Part shown: one piece after another, positions 35,919 through 48,700 of the stretch
Layout of the letters: each line of letters begins with the position of its first letter
Numbering within the stretch: the first letter of the stretch is position 1
From: Parasitella parasitica NRRL 2501
Taxonomy: Eukaryota; Fungi; Mucoromycota
Assembly: GCA_025201805.1 (NCBI GenBank)
Contig: MU619238.1
Location: 5,184-69,183, forward strand
Length of the DNA: 64,000 bases
Direction: 5' to 3'
Program-made: the position numbers and the translations under genes
Notes under the pieces: model-generated
Databases searched by the model: none
What the model saw: only the letters and a program-made list of their open reading frames with translations
Told to the model about the DNA's origin: nothing

Positions 35919-38900
35919 TTATCTTTTGTGAGGGTCTTCTAAATCAACAAATCCAAAGCATCTAACCCACTGATCATCAGGCACCAGTGATCCGAATAGC
36001 TCTTTCATCCTTTGTCCCAACTGTATAATAAAGATATATTTTTAGTGCTGAATGGCAGCAGGGTTGCAGTATATTTACCTTATCTAGTTCTATGATAATG
36101 CTTTCCATCATGATAACATAGGCATAATACACCATATAACACTCGTCTTTAACAGATTCGTTGCTATCTGTTAAGTCATTCTTTTTCAAATCTGCTGTTA
36201 GCTTTGGTAACTTCTGCAATTTCAACATGAGCATTTCTCTTGCTTTTTCTGCTGGAGGCAGATAAGGCGGTAAGGGTGTCTTTAATTGCAATGCAGATGC
36301 AAGCAAATAAAAGTAAAGCAAAACACTTCCTGCCATCTCCATCAGTTCCTGGCTGGCTGGCAGCATGAGATCCCGTCTTACTTGAGTGGCCCAGACGTCT
36401 TTCAATATAACAATACGGATCGACAGGAACTTGTCGAGAATGTTTTGGCAGGATGTGAGCATCGCTTCGTATGTTTTGGCGGGGAATGGACCCTTTAGGC
36501 GAGGTTCGTTGGGTGCGTAGGCTAACAAACCTTGAAGTTCTACTAGGCTAACTTGCAGCGAAAATTCCACATGCTGGAATTGGATAGACCTTGCTTCGTT
36601 GCGTTTTGCTATTGCCTCAAGCTCTTCTCGCGAGGTAACTGATCTACTATTGCTACTGCCATCAGTTGCTGCCCTGCCGTCTAAAATGACTTTTTTAACA
36701 AGGTGTGAATAATTTGTACTGGAATCATTTTTTGCTGCTGCTGCATGAACAATCGAGCGGGTGTTGTCTTCTGAATACTCTGCCACCAACTGCTTGTAGT
36801 ACCATGATAATCGAATGAGCAAATCCGAAAGCCCTTTTCGCATCTCTTTCCTTGCTTCAAACGGCCAGATATAGGCTGTAACTACCAAGCCTACGTGGTG
36901 CAGTTAATTGTTGTCAGTAATCCATATAGGTATATACAATATGTATTTACAAACTAACCGATAATGACACCAGCAGACACGGTTGCGCATCTCATGATAG
37001 CCAGCTCGATTACATCAATAACCTGCTCTTCATTTCTATGATTGTACATGAATGGTACAATTAAATTGTAAGAAAGTAAAGAAAACAAGCCAAATCTTCC
37101 ATGTTTATGATTCAAAATCATCCAAAAGCAAGGAATAGAAAATGCCCAAGACATTAATAGCAAGATGGGACCCTGATGTGGCAAAAACAGATAGAATAAT
37201 ACTGCAATGACTGAACCAAGGATAGTAGCTAATACTCGCAACACGGCAACCTGATTTGTCCCACCTACTGTAGGAGACATCACAGCCATGACCTATGTTG
37301 CCAATATGTGTTTAAATTAGTATTGCTACAATGCAAATCTACGAAAACGGTATATAATTACCGTAATAAGGGTCCAATCCATCTTCCAGGTTATAAAATA
37401 CTCTCGTGTTGCCGGGATGAATGCCATGGACGCAATTGCAAGAGCAATCAGTGTAGATTTAGACGCATATCGCACTGTATGCTGTCTAAACCATGAAAAA
37501 AAGCCCCAAAGGGTCAGAAAGAATCTTCGAAACTTTGTCTTTGGCTTGGGAGTATGCAGCGTATTGAACGTGTTGTTATTGTTTGGCACAAAAGAGTCAA
37601 TGGAGCTCTTTTTAATAATGACAGGTTTAGCTTTGTTGCTTTTACTTCCTCCATCTTTCGTATTTTGCTGTTTTTGATATTGAGCTTGAGTATCTGCGTG
37701 TCGTTGTCTCGAGTAGAAACAACAGCACAAGAACCAAACTTTGATACATAACACTATTAACACCCCATCAACGACACTTGTAAAAATATATTTGTACTTA
37801 CATGGGCTAACCAAATATCTTTTAATCATTTGCCAGAATCCTCCCTTCTTGTTTTGCTCCTCGTCATATTCGAATACGGACTGAACACATTCTACCAACA
37901 CCATCAACTCTTTGGCAAACTCCAGTAAGCAAAATACAAAAAAGTAGACCAAGAAAACATCTTCAGCAGGAAATTGGTTCATTAAATGCGAGTGCAATTC
38001 TTCAGGATTGATAGTGGCATTTTTCATCCGCATGCGCTTCATCTTTCGACGATACATGCGAGTCAATGCCAACTGTTGCGACTCTTCAAACAGAGCTATT
38101 GCCATTGCAAGATTTTGTCGCATTAGCCCGAAAGATGGTGTGGTCTCAGTTATTTGGCGGGTGAATCGACTTTGCAAGTGCACTATTGTTTGTTTGCAGG
38201 TGTATGCTAGTGACTTCATGGGAGGTCTTACCGTCTTGATAAATTGTACCAGCGCACCTTCTTCCTCTTCTTCTTCTCCTCTAGCGAGATGGTTATCATC
38301 GATTTCCTGCTCAATATGATAGTATCCATTCAGTGGCTGCCTTTCCGTTTGCTTCTTTAGCGATCTACCGCAGTTGTCGTCGTCTGCATCTGCGTCTAAG
38401 CTGTTTCTGTTACTGCCGCCAAACATTGACTGCGTGGACATGGTGTGCTCTTTCTTCAACTCGTATTCCATCTTCTTTCTTTGGTCTGTTGCCTTTACAT
38501 GATATACCTTCTTTTTTCGTCCGTAATGTGAACCTAGCTTGTCATGTTCTTGTGGTATAGAACCGTAGTTGGATGCATACTTTTTTCCTGGGCTTGCAGA
38601 TGTCTTCATGACTTCAAACTGCAATCCACAACTGCTGCGTAGACCGCCCACATGCTGGGCTAATCTTTGCAAACTAGATACAATGGTGTCATATCCTGCG
38701 GCATGCCTCCAGATATCTAGATTATAGTACTCTTTTTTAGCATCCGCTAGAGAAGATTGCAATGATGTGAAGCTTGTGCGATGGGCATTAATGGCGCTTT
38801 GTAAATTCTCGTTTGCGGTAAACTCTGGCAAGTCTGTGTCTAGTAGAAAGGTCTTGGTGAGCAATTTTAACAGGATTTTGATAGCCGTTAGCGTATCGTT

Positions 38901-40662
38901 GATGTCAGCCCTGTACACAGTTTGTTAATATACACACTAAAGTCCATAAAGATATGCTTACTTGAGCTTTTTAGTCGCTGTCATGGGCCATATAAACCAG
39001 CACACAAAAGCAGATATTGCTGTCCCTATAGTCACTATAGCAAACATCTCTTCAATGTACGTAGGATCAAAGTATGAAGGAATCACCGAGCCTTCTTTTA
39101 CCAAAACTGGAAATATGATCATGAATCCCAACCCACAGCCTACAAAAAGATTTGAGTTTAATCTTATATTCCTGGCATAAACCGCCCATAATTTACTTTA
39201 CCTGTTCCAATGGCTGGTTTATTGTAATGCGCCTTAATGAAGGATAATACAAATGTGCTACCAGCAAGCCAAAATCCAAGTGTTACACAGCAGGAAGTGA
39301 CATAATAATCCTGGGATCTCAAGTAAATGGCTACCAACATGCTTAACAACGAAATCAAAAGAGCACAGACTGTATAAAGTAGACCATAACCTGCGGCTTC
39401 TACCATACCGCCGACTGTTTTGGAAGGATTGAAGAAGACGGTTACCGTGGCAATGACATGGCTAGAAATATTTGCTGTTCCCAACATGCTGTTCAACATT
39501 GGGACAAACGTAAACAACGATCCCAATAAATAAGCAAAGCTACATTTCAGTACCATCTTTTGTCTATAGGACAAGGTAAAGAAATGACGCACAACCCATT
39601 CATACGCTGATTTCGCACCTCTCAAAAAGCAACTTCGGTTGGAATTCTTGAATTTCTTGTCTTTTCGTCTTCTCTTTACACGGCCGTCGAAATTATCCTC
39701 GTCTTCGCTTGTCTCGTTTGGTTGAAGGTCTTGAATAATCATGTTGGGATCTGAGGAGGAGGTTGGAAATAAGAGTGCTCTTCTTTCTCCCTCTTCTAAT
39801 ATATGATTATAAAATCTGTATGTGTAGAATACTTAGTTCGTTTGCGCAAGATTTTGATTAAAAAAAGCAGAACTTACTCGTTTGTTTGGCTTTTACTGGC
39901 TTGTCTTTGATGATGTGCATTCACTTCCGCTTCATCTTCCTTACCATCGAAGTAAAAATGATTGTAATGCCCCTTTATCTTTTTTTTCCCGTAATCCATA
40001 GATGCTGCCATTGGCATAGTAGATAGGGATACAGATCGTTTTTGCCTTGTTCCATCATCCAATACGACTTCATATTCCTCGCTTAAGTAATCATGGTAGT
40101 AAGATCCTGCAGGAGATCGAGATAACATACCGCTGTCCAAAGAGCCGTAATAGTAGAAATTGTTGGGTATGCTTCCACTGGTGCTTTGAACAACTGACAT
40201 GGGATGTATTATCAAATTGCTGCTGCTGCTTGCTGTGATGGGCGGCGCAGCGGCCTTGTATTGATTTATACTATCAAGCTCATTCGCTGCTGTGGGGCTG
40301 TCTACTGTTAGAGTGTTGCTGTTTTTGTCGATTGTAGCAATGGTTTCAATGAATGGCGTCGTATTTTCATTCTCAATTATAGTTTCTAGTCCCTGCCCTT
40401 GCTCTTCATCATCTGACTCACTAAGGCCAATTGCAGTATGAAATGTTTGCACAGAAAATGCACTCCTACTTGATGTAGAAGGCATTGGCCGTAAATTGTT
40501 CAAGTGAGAGTTTCTACTTGTTGATGGCGTAGGATTAGGTGTAAAGAAATCATCATCAGGAACAGACGAAGCCGATACATTTATTTCTGGAGTTGTAGTT
40601 ACATATCTTGCTAAGGTCTTGCCTAATAGCTTGCCATCTTTGCGATTATCTGCTAATGGCAT
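35919..40662 (-). CDS. ArAE/FUSC-family (fusaric acid resistance-like, aromatic acid exporter) membrane transporter
   Basis: VLKCSFAYLLGSLFTF, TVFFNPSKTVGGMVEA, LAQHVGGLRSS, VYFFVFCLLEFAKEL, MSPTVGG, IWPFEARKEMRKGLS, EPRLKGPFP, LPPYLPPAEKAR. Multi-exon with a long disordered N-terminus. Confidence 0.9.
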
Positions 40663-42912
40663 TTTAATTGTAAGGAAAAAAGAAACGAGCTCTAAACAAA
40701 TCGACCAACATTATTTATACTGATTCGTTTGTTGGGCGTTCTTTTGATGTGCAACAGCAAACCCCTTAAGCGTCATGTATCATATATCGTAAGTATGAAA
40801 TCTGAAAATAAATGCGTCGTTTCTTTGTTTGGTTATTTATATTTGCTTAAACCTTGCGAAAAATATGTATAATATGATACACTCTTAAGAGTAATTTTTA
40901 TGGATTGATTCCCTGTTAATTTACACGCAATCGTTACCCCTGATTTTTTACCTTAAAACGGACGATGAACCTAACCCGTTGATTTTCACGTCTTGTGCTA
41001 CTGTTTGGAATGAATCATACAAATACCTACACATCTTTTGTCGAAATGGTTAGACCTCTTCAGGCGTAGCTGAAATCTTGTTGAAATGTAGGCAGTGAAA
41101 TTGAACCAACACGCGTTAAAAAACAAAGATTAAAGCATTCACTGGTATTCATGGTATTCTAAAAAGAGAGAAAACTAAACAGGTATAATTTTCTTTAGGT
41201 GAGTAACGGCTACAATCCCATTACTGATTGAGCTGGTTAACTGCTCGCTTTGATGGTATTATATATGCTTACCCACAAACACCATTCGGCTTGCTGTTGT
41301 ACGAAAAAATTATGGTTATTACTTTTTCGTGTTATGAATAGGCTCTAGCATATGCAGCCCTATATACTTCAAGCATACTTCCTCCATCTACCTTTGCTGT
41401 CCAGGTACCGCCAAAACAAGAAGCCGCATAATTTATGACACATGTGTTAATTACCTGTAAAAACTTCTCAAGAATTTTTTTTTGTATATTTCCTATAATA
41501 TCTTGAATGCATTTACAAACGCTGCAGAGTTGATTTGCTCTATTGTCATTAAGTTTCCTTAGGTTATTTCTAATAGAGCCATTGAGTCATCGATTAGACA
41601 ATTAATTTTTTCAATCCATTTTAGTTGTTTTCTGGAGGTATTCCCTTAACAAGAAAGGAATGTTGCTGAATGGTGTCATAGTGATGGCCATAATCATGTA
41701 ATAATATTACAATTTTGAGCAAATTAATCTTAAATAAAACATGTATTGCTATTTGCACAATAGATTATTACTCTATGTACAACGTTTGAATTCACTCTTT
41801 CGTTTATCAAGTGAATAAACATCGACTATTACCTTCTAATATTTTTGATGTTTACCATATAGTTTTTGTAATAGAAACCAAGATATAAACTTTTTTCTTC
41901 GATTTATGTATCAATTAAAATGTCAGCTGTTTTTAGGTTATAGATCAAATCTTAGCAGTAATGTATTATACCAACTATAATATATCATAAGCGAGCATGA
42001 GCAGAAATGCGTAGTAAAATGGGATGACTTTATGTACACATGGCAAAAAGACACACGAGTGGCGCCAGTGAATGGCTGATCTTTATCCTGGCGCAGAGTA
42101 GATGTTCCTGAAAATAATGTTAAATCCTGATGAATGTTCTTCCACCAGATCTACTATGAAAAACATTCTATCATCTATACGTACCTGGGCTCTTATCTTA
42201 CTGTCGATTCGTACATTCCCATCCTATGGATTGGTTCAAGGCTTACCTAATTATCCAATATCAAGACCTTATTGCTGCGGCACTGTCAAATATCTATAAA
42301 TGCCTAAACTAGTTTGAATCCGGATTGAAGCTTGGAATAGCTAAATAAATATATTCAGTTCTAATTATATTTTTTCTGTTATTCTAAACAAGCTGGAAGT
42401 GTTCGTATCCAAATACATCCTATGTATAACGAATATTACAGTATCATGAATTCTCAAAACAAATTGAAATTGTGCAAATGGCAACACCGAAAACAGAAAC
42501 CTTGTTTTTAAAAAAAAAAGAAGTTTATAGGTATGTGCTTTTTTATATGCAAAGCAGAGGTCGGGTTTTTTTCGGCATTCGTTCTAATGGAGGTTCATTG
42601 CTCGTTAAATATAATTTTATACTACTAATGATGGATTCAAAGAGACTTCTGATTGCGCCCGCCATGATATGATTATGACAAGTCAGTTAGCAATTTTACT
42701 GTCTTAAATGCAGAGATGTATCCAGTATTTTCAACGATATCAATATCATTCTTGTTGTGCCAGTTTGAAGAGCGCAGCGAAATGTTTTTTGTGTAGATGT
42801 TTTGTTATTATTTCAAAGTGATACTCTCTGAATATAACTAGATACAAGGCTCTGAATACTTTTATTAACATAAAATATGATCTCTATTCATACTAAACTG
42901 AGTATGTTAATT

Positions 42913-44141
42913 CATGTTTATCCACATAACATCTGATGTTTGGCAGGAAGTGTCAAGCATTATACTATATCACAGCATTTTCAGGAACAGGCCAATTTGT
43001 TGTATCCATAGAATACCATGGTTACCACTATTTCAACTCACTTGTCATGGCAACCGTTCCTGGTCGGATCTAAGGTTAAATGGCATTGATTATTCTATCT
43101 AGTAAATAGAAGCATTCAATAGAATGTCTTGTATAAGAAACCATCTATTTGGGCTTTACTTATTCTAAATTGCGAAGCTCAACTTATCGATGAATAATTC
43201 ACATTCATAACGATTAGCTGATTAAATATAGAAATAGGTCTTGCTCTGACTACTACTGTGTTATAATCTTGTTTGACAATTAAATGTCAAACATGACCTG
43301 ATTGTATTTTATAGATTGATTTAGATAGATTTATTCTAATATAAATAGACAGCTTCTTGTCAATCAATAAATCAATAGTTTTGTATCTGGTAGACTAAGT
43401 CTTTATTACATTCTTACTGTTATATTTTTATATCACATACAATCACCTGCTGTGCTCATTTTCAAGACCTGGCACAACATTGGTAATTCTTTCACAAATA
43501 AGGAATAAGCTACAACAAGTTGTAATTGGACCTCTTGCAAGGTTCCAGGCTTATTCAAAGAATACATCTAGATCAGATCGCGGGATGTCTGTGATGGAGT
43601 ACAATTATCTAGTAGTAAGGGTAGAATGATGTACTATGTTAATGGAGTGTTGGTGTATCTAATTGTTGACATTGCTATCAGGGTTATTACTACTTACTAT
43701 ATAATATATGTAGATATTATTGGACAAGAAGTAATTGACAGCAATGCGGCGATGGTTATATGAACTATAAACTTACAGTATATGTAAACAACGATCGGTA
43801 GTGACAGATCAGGTTTGCAGTGATAAGGATGATTTATAGATAATAGATTTTGCTAGTATATGAGAAATGTTTATGGTAATAAACTATAAAAGCTATTACA
43901 GATATTTTCACTAGCGTTCCAATATCTGGTAAAGGTTGAACCTATTTATAATAATTGAATGTTTCATGTAAACTGAGACATCATCATGTAATGTGAATCA
44001 TTACAATGTCGGGAAGACATACTACCCAATCTTCTCTTTAATGTTAAATAGAAAGATAGGTCTGTCCTGGAAATGCTGTGATTTAATATAAAGGTTTGAC
44101 ACTTCTTGTCAAAAACATCAGGTGTTATGTGGATAAACATT
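42913..44141. repeat. Diverged inverted repeat pair (~80 bp arms at 42913-42993 and 44059-44141)
   Basis: The reverse complement of the left arm (ggcctgttcctgaaaatgctgtgatatagtataatgcttgacacttcctgccaaacatcagatgttatgtggataaacat) aligns with ggtctgtcctggaaatgctgtgatttaatataaaggtttgacacttcttgtcaaaaacatcaggtgttatgtggataaacat. Confidence 0.8.
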
Positions 44142-44685
44142 GATTGGGATATATTTTAGTATAAATAGAGATCATATCTTATGTCAATAAAAGTCTTCAG
44201 CATTGTATCTAATTTTATTCAGAAAAGTCTTTATTACTTTATACAAATCATATTTACATAACATTACGCTGCGCCCTTTGACCACTGGCACAGCAAACGT
44301 ATTTCACACCTGCTGGGACTGATATGAGATCGTGATATGTGAGACCTTGCCATGTTATTAATATAAAAATGCGGATCTTATATATAGTTTAAGTAATAAC
44401 CTTGACAGCTGAAGCCTTGATAATTCTATGAGCTTATTGTTATAATTCATATTTATAACTGTAATGAAATGGCACCTATTATATAGCACCACAATTACAT
44501 TAAAATAAAACCCAGATGGATCATGGCTGATCAATCCAAGAAAGAAATACATGAAAAGCACAAGTAAACATTAACAAGTGTTGGTAGAGGCTTGCACTCC
44601 TGATCAAAGTACAATCTCCTACAACACTGGCACATGCTAATGTTGAACAACGCTACTCATAATTACAAATAAACAAATTCTAAAC

Positions 44686-44762
44686 ATGTATAAACAATGC
44701 AATTGTCAAAACAATTGCAATAATTCTAGATGCCAGAAATGGCTTGTTTATTACACAATAAG
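44686..44762 (+). mobile_element. Possible remnant of a transposon C-terminal CXC-like Cys motif; cut by gap 44763-45067
   Basis: Translation KQCNCQNNCNNSRCQK resembles the CxCxxxCxxxRCxC tail of integrase-type DNA transposon proteins. Confidence 0.35.
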
Positions 44763-45199
44763 NNNNNNNNNNNNNNNNNNNNNNNNNNNNNNNNNNNNNN
44801 NNNNNNNNNNNNNNNNNNNNNNNNNNNNNNNNNNNNNNNNNNNNNNNNNNNNNNNNNNNNNNNNNNNNNNNNNNNNNNNNNNNNNNNNNNNNNNNNNNNN
44901 NNNNNNNNNNNNNNNNNNNNNNNNNNNNNNNNNNNNNNNNNNNNNNNNNNNNNNNNNNNNNNNNNNNNNNNNNNNNNNNNNNNNNNNNNNNNNNNNNNNN
45001 NNNNNNNNNNNNNNNNNNNNNNNNNNNNNNNNNNNNNNNNNNNNNNNNNNNNNNNNNNNNNNNNNNNNTTTTTTTTTATTTTTTTTATTTTCACATAAAA
45101 TTGATCCCAATTTTATTGCAATAACAATTAAATAAATTTAAATTAGAGAAAAATAATCTAACTGATAATATAGCCTGTAATTTTTTAATTTTAGCTGAA

Positions 45200-45283
45200 A
45201 GTATCATGGCCGAGTGGTCCAAGGCGTCTGACTTAAGATCAGATCCGCTCACGCGGGCGTGGGTTCGAACCCCACTGGTACTA
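45200..45283 (+). tRNA. tRNA-Leu (anticodon UAA), intronless, long variable arm
   Basis: Acceptor stem AGTATCA/TGGTACT plus discriminator A; A-box TGGCCGAGTGG; anticodon stem TCTGA/TCAGA with loop CTTAAGA; variable arm CCGC-TCAC-GCGG; B-box GGTTCGAACCC; downstream T-run terminator. Confidence 0.96.
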
Positions 45284-45786
45284 CTTTGTTACCTTTTTTA
45301 AATCATCTTTTTCTTTTTATTTTGTCAAAGTGTCGTGTGCAGAGATGTGTTAGTTTTGTGTTGTTTTAATAAGTGTATATAAAGTATAAAGTAAGAGATG
45401 AAAGATAGATGATATTTATTCTTTTGTATTTCAATTGATATTTATAATAACTGACAGTGTTACATACAAAGTCTGCATGTACCTGACAACTTGCTATTTG
45501 TTTTAATTACAAAGTTGAGAGGATCGAGTTCAACAGATTTTCATGATTACTAGTAAAAAATATAGAAATACTCGTTTTCTCTCAAGATCCAGATAGTCAA
45601 AATGTCGTTTCAATGTATCTTTTTATACTGGTTTTCCAAGGATTAATGATTATGATATGAACCGAAATTTTAGTGGATTATTAATCTGCCATAATTATAG
45701 ACAGGAGATCACGGCATATTAGACTTTATAAAACGCATACACATCAGGATTATTGTTTTATTTGAAGTCTATATTATATTCTGTTT

Positions 45787-48700
45787 CTACAAATCCCACA
45801 CAATTTCATCAACATACATTGAAACGGTTTGTCTTGATCCGCCGAAAGCATCCAAGTCGTCCACATAAATTTTAAGCTGTCCCGGCATGCTTTCTTTGGG
45901 GTTAGAGATGGCAATTGAAAGAGTAGTGGTTCCTCCAGGCTCTACAGTACCAGAACGATCTTCATTTAATCCAGAAATCATCACAATTTCATTAGCCGGA
46001 AATTCAGCCGGGCCTTCCACCGATACCTTGAACCGTAAGGGTACCTTGTTGGCATGATTGATAATTGTAAGAGGCAGATTCTCTGGCATGCACGCAGAAT
46101 CCATGATATCAGAGCTTCTATTATCATTGTCCTGATAGTAGGTTACGAGCTTGAAATCTAGTCTTCGTTCACTAAGAGCAAAAGTAGCTGTTTCATCTAA
46201 AGCACATCTCACAGGGATTGTTTCTCTCATCCTAGCTGTTTGAACGCCTTCTACCTCATCGTCATCATCTTCTGCGGGACTTGTAGTTACCCAAATTTTG
46301 GCCATAATGACACCAGCAGGATCGGTGAGCTCAGGACGATTACAAGGCAAACGAGAAGTTTCATTAGGCGATGCTCTTACTCTAACTTCAATGCTGCCCT
46401 GAGGACCAATTGCAATATCACCTTTGAGAGGAGAATTAGTGTAGCGAGACAAGACATCCAAATTAACGTAGGAGCTCAATTCGGGCGTGATATCAGCACC
46501 AATTTCAAACCGTAAATCGTCATCTGTCTTGTTGTGTATCACAAACCAGTTATCACAGGGTGCGTTTTGAAGAGCAATAGGATGATGCAACGTGGGCAGC
46601 ACCAATTCGCCGTTACTTGATAAACGTTCAAACCGTAATTCAAACACTGTCATCAGCGCCTTCAAATGAAGGTGCATTACGTTGGCATGATTGCGCAAAT
46701 TTTCAATTTGAACATCAAAACGATGTAACCCAGAGGTTTGGTCAGGCATTTGTTTAGGCGTTAGCAAACCCTCGATGCGCTGATGCTTGCGCGATGGGAT
46801 ATAAAATGTCTTTTGTTTGATTGCGACCCCATTACGATCCAGGGGAGTAAAGCTCATAAACTCGGGTGTATTGATAATGTATGTAGCCGGTACATCCGAC
46901 AAGTTGCGGATTTCAGCTTCAAAGCGAGCAGGTTTGTAAGAAGTGCTGTGTCCAATTTTACCCAAATCAATACGATCCACAACAAGTTCCGTTCGAGACA
47001 CACAAAACAAAGCTTCCAATTCAAGAGCAAGAACCTCCAACTTCTGATGAGCGTCATACAATACCATCATGCCTTTCAGGGACCCGCTTTGGCCTTGGAG
47101 CGCTAAATATCTACCGTCTTCATCCAGTTTTTCAGCAGATGGGTTATGCAAACGCACACAAATTCGTTGACCAGGTTGCAACAAGACTTGACCGCTACGT
47201 TGTGCAAATAGGCTCTCCTTGTGTTCAACAGCAACATTTTTGATTTTGTTTTCATTGACAGCGAAACCAGCAGTGATGTCGATATCGCTCATGACTACAA
47301 GCTGCATTGGCTGTCCAGATGTATTTGCAATGTCGATCTCACGTACATAGAGACGGTTTGCATCAGCTTCTGGTAACTCTATCATCCGCAAAACTGTTTC
47401 ATCTTCACTCTGTTGAGCCACGGGACTGATGTACACACTTTCCCATTTGATAACAGGCAATGGATCAGCTTCATGATGATCAATTTGTTTACAAGAATTC
47501 GTATAGCCATTTAGAGGTTTATTGCCCAAAAGCCGCCTTTTAAAAGGCAAAGTCCAGGCATTCAACTTTTTACAATTCACAAAGAGTCGAACGCGAATCA
47601 CAAACACCTCCTGGCTGTTTCTTTTGTTGGTCACAATCAGCTTTTCATTCAAAAGTCCATAGCGATATGCGTTGATTCTAAACGTGATCTGGGCCAAAGA
47701 GGCTGCAGTCGAGCTGCAATCATTCAAAGAGCCACGGCAAACACTGTCAACACTGCCAGAGACATCATTTGGTTGAGGGCTCGCGAGGCTTTCCTTTCGC
47801 TTCTTTTCGTCCGCATCCAAATATCCGATATCCGAATCTCTGTGAATTTCAGGACTACGCCATCCACGCAAAGTGCCACTACGACGATCTAATTCAATAT
47901 TTGCGCTTGAGCATTCAATGTCGTAATCCAATGGAAGCTCTCCAGATTTGTTCTTGATGGTGAAGGCGCCGCAGATTTCTTGTTGCAGCAGATCAGTATA
48001 GCCCAAATTAATAACTTTGTCAGACACCTCAAGATGGGATTGTCCAATGATGGATATGAATTTGACGGTCTGAGTCAGCATCAACAGCATCTCTTGTTCT
48101 TTTGGCTCATGGTCAGAATCGTCCTTTTCGTAGACAGAGAATTTTATTCCGCCAACCAGTTTACGGCACTCGTCAGCCGAGTTGCCAAGATATCCCGTCA
48201 ATAGATTAGGCTGAACAGCCACCCAAACAGTTGCCATACCTTTATGCTTCAAAGGCATCATCTCCACAAGGCCATGCTCACCAGCCTCATCCATAAATAT
48301 CAACACTTGATGGGACAAGTTACTTTGACATGTAATAAAAACATCTTGGCTAGAGTTGTTCTCAATCAAAAGAGGAGTTACTTGAGAATACTTGCTTCCA
48401 GGATCAACATAGGAGAAGCCGAGATCCATTATGCCGTTTGCCTCATTGTCCAAAGAGGGGAAATTCAAATACGTGCTGCAATGAACTAAACACTGAATGG
48501 TAAAAGGCTGTATAGACCCAGTGTGCTTGTTTATGACAGAGAACTTGAATTGTTGTCTGCCCACTTGGGTGGGTTTTATGCCATAGCGAATTTTCTTTGT
48601 TTCTCCAGGCAGCAGACCCTTAACTTCCTCATCGGCATCAAAGTAAAATACTGATGGTTCTTGAGCAGTGGACAGCATGAGCTCCACAGGCTTGTCCGAT

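Noticed and set aside
45068-45095. Poly-T next to the gap upstream of tRNA-Leu read as the tail of a tRNA-targeting retroelement
   Set aside because: Wrong orientation for an element inside the gap and no RT sequence visible; likely a homopolymer that broke the assembly.
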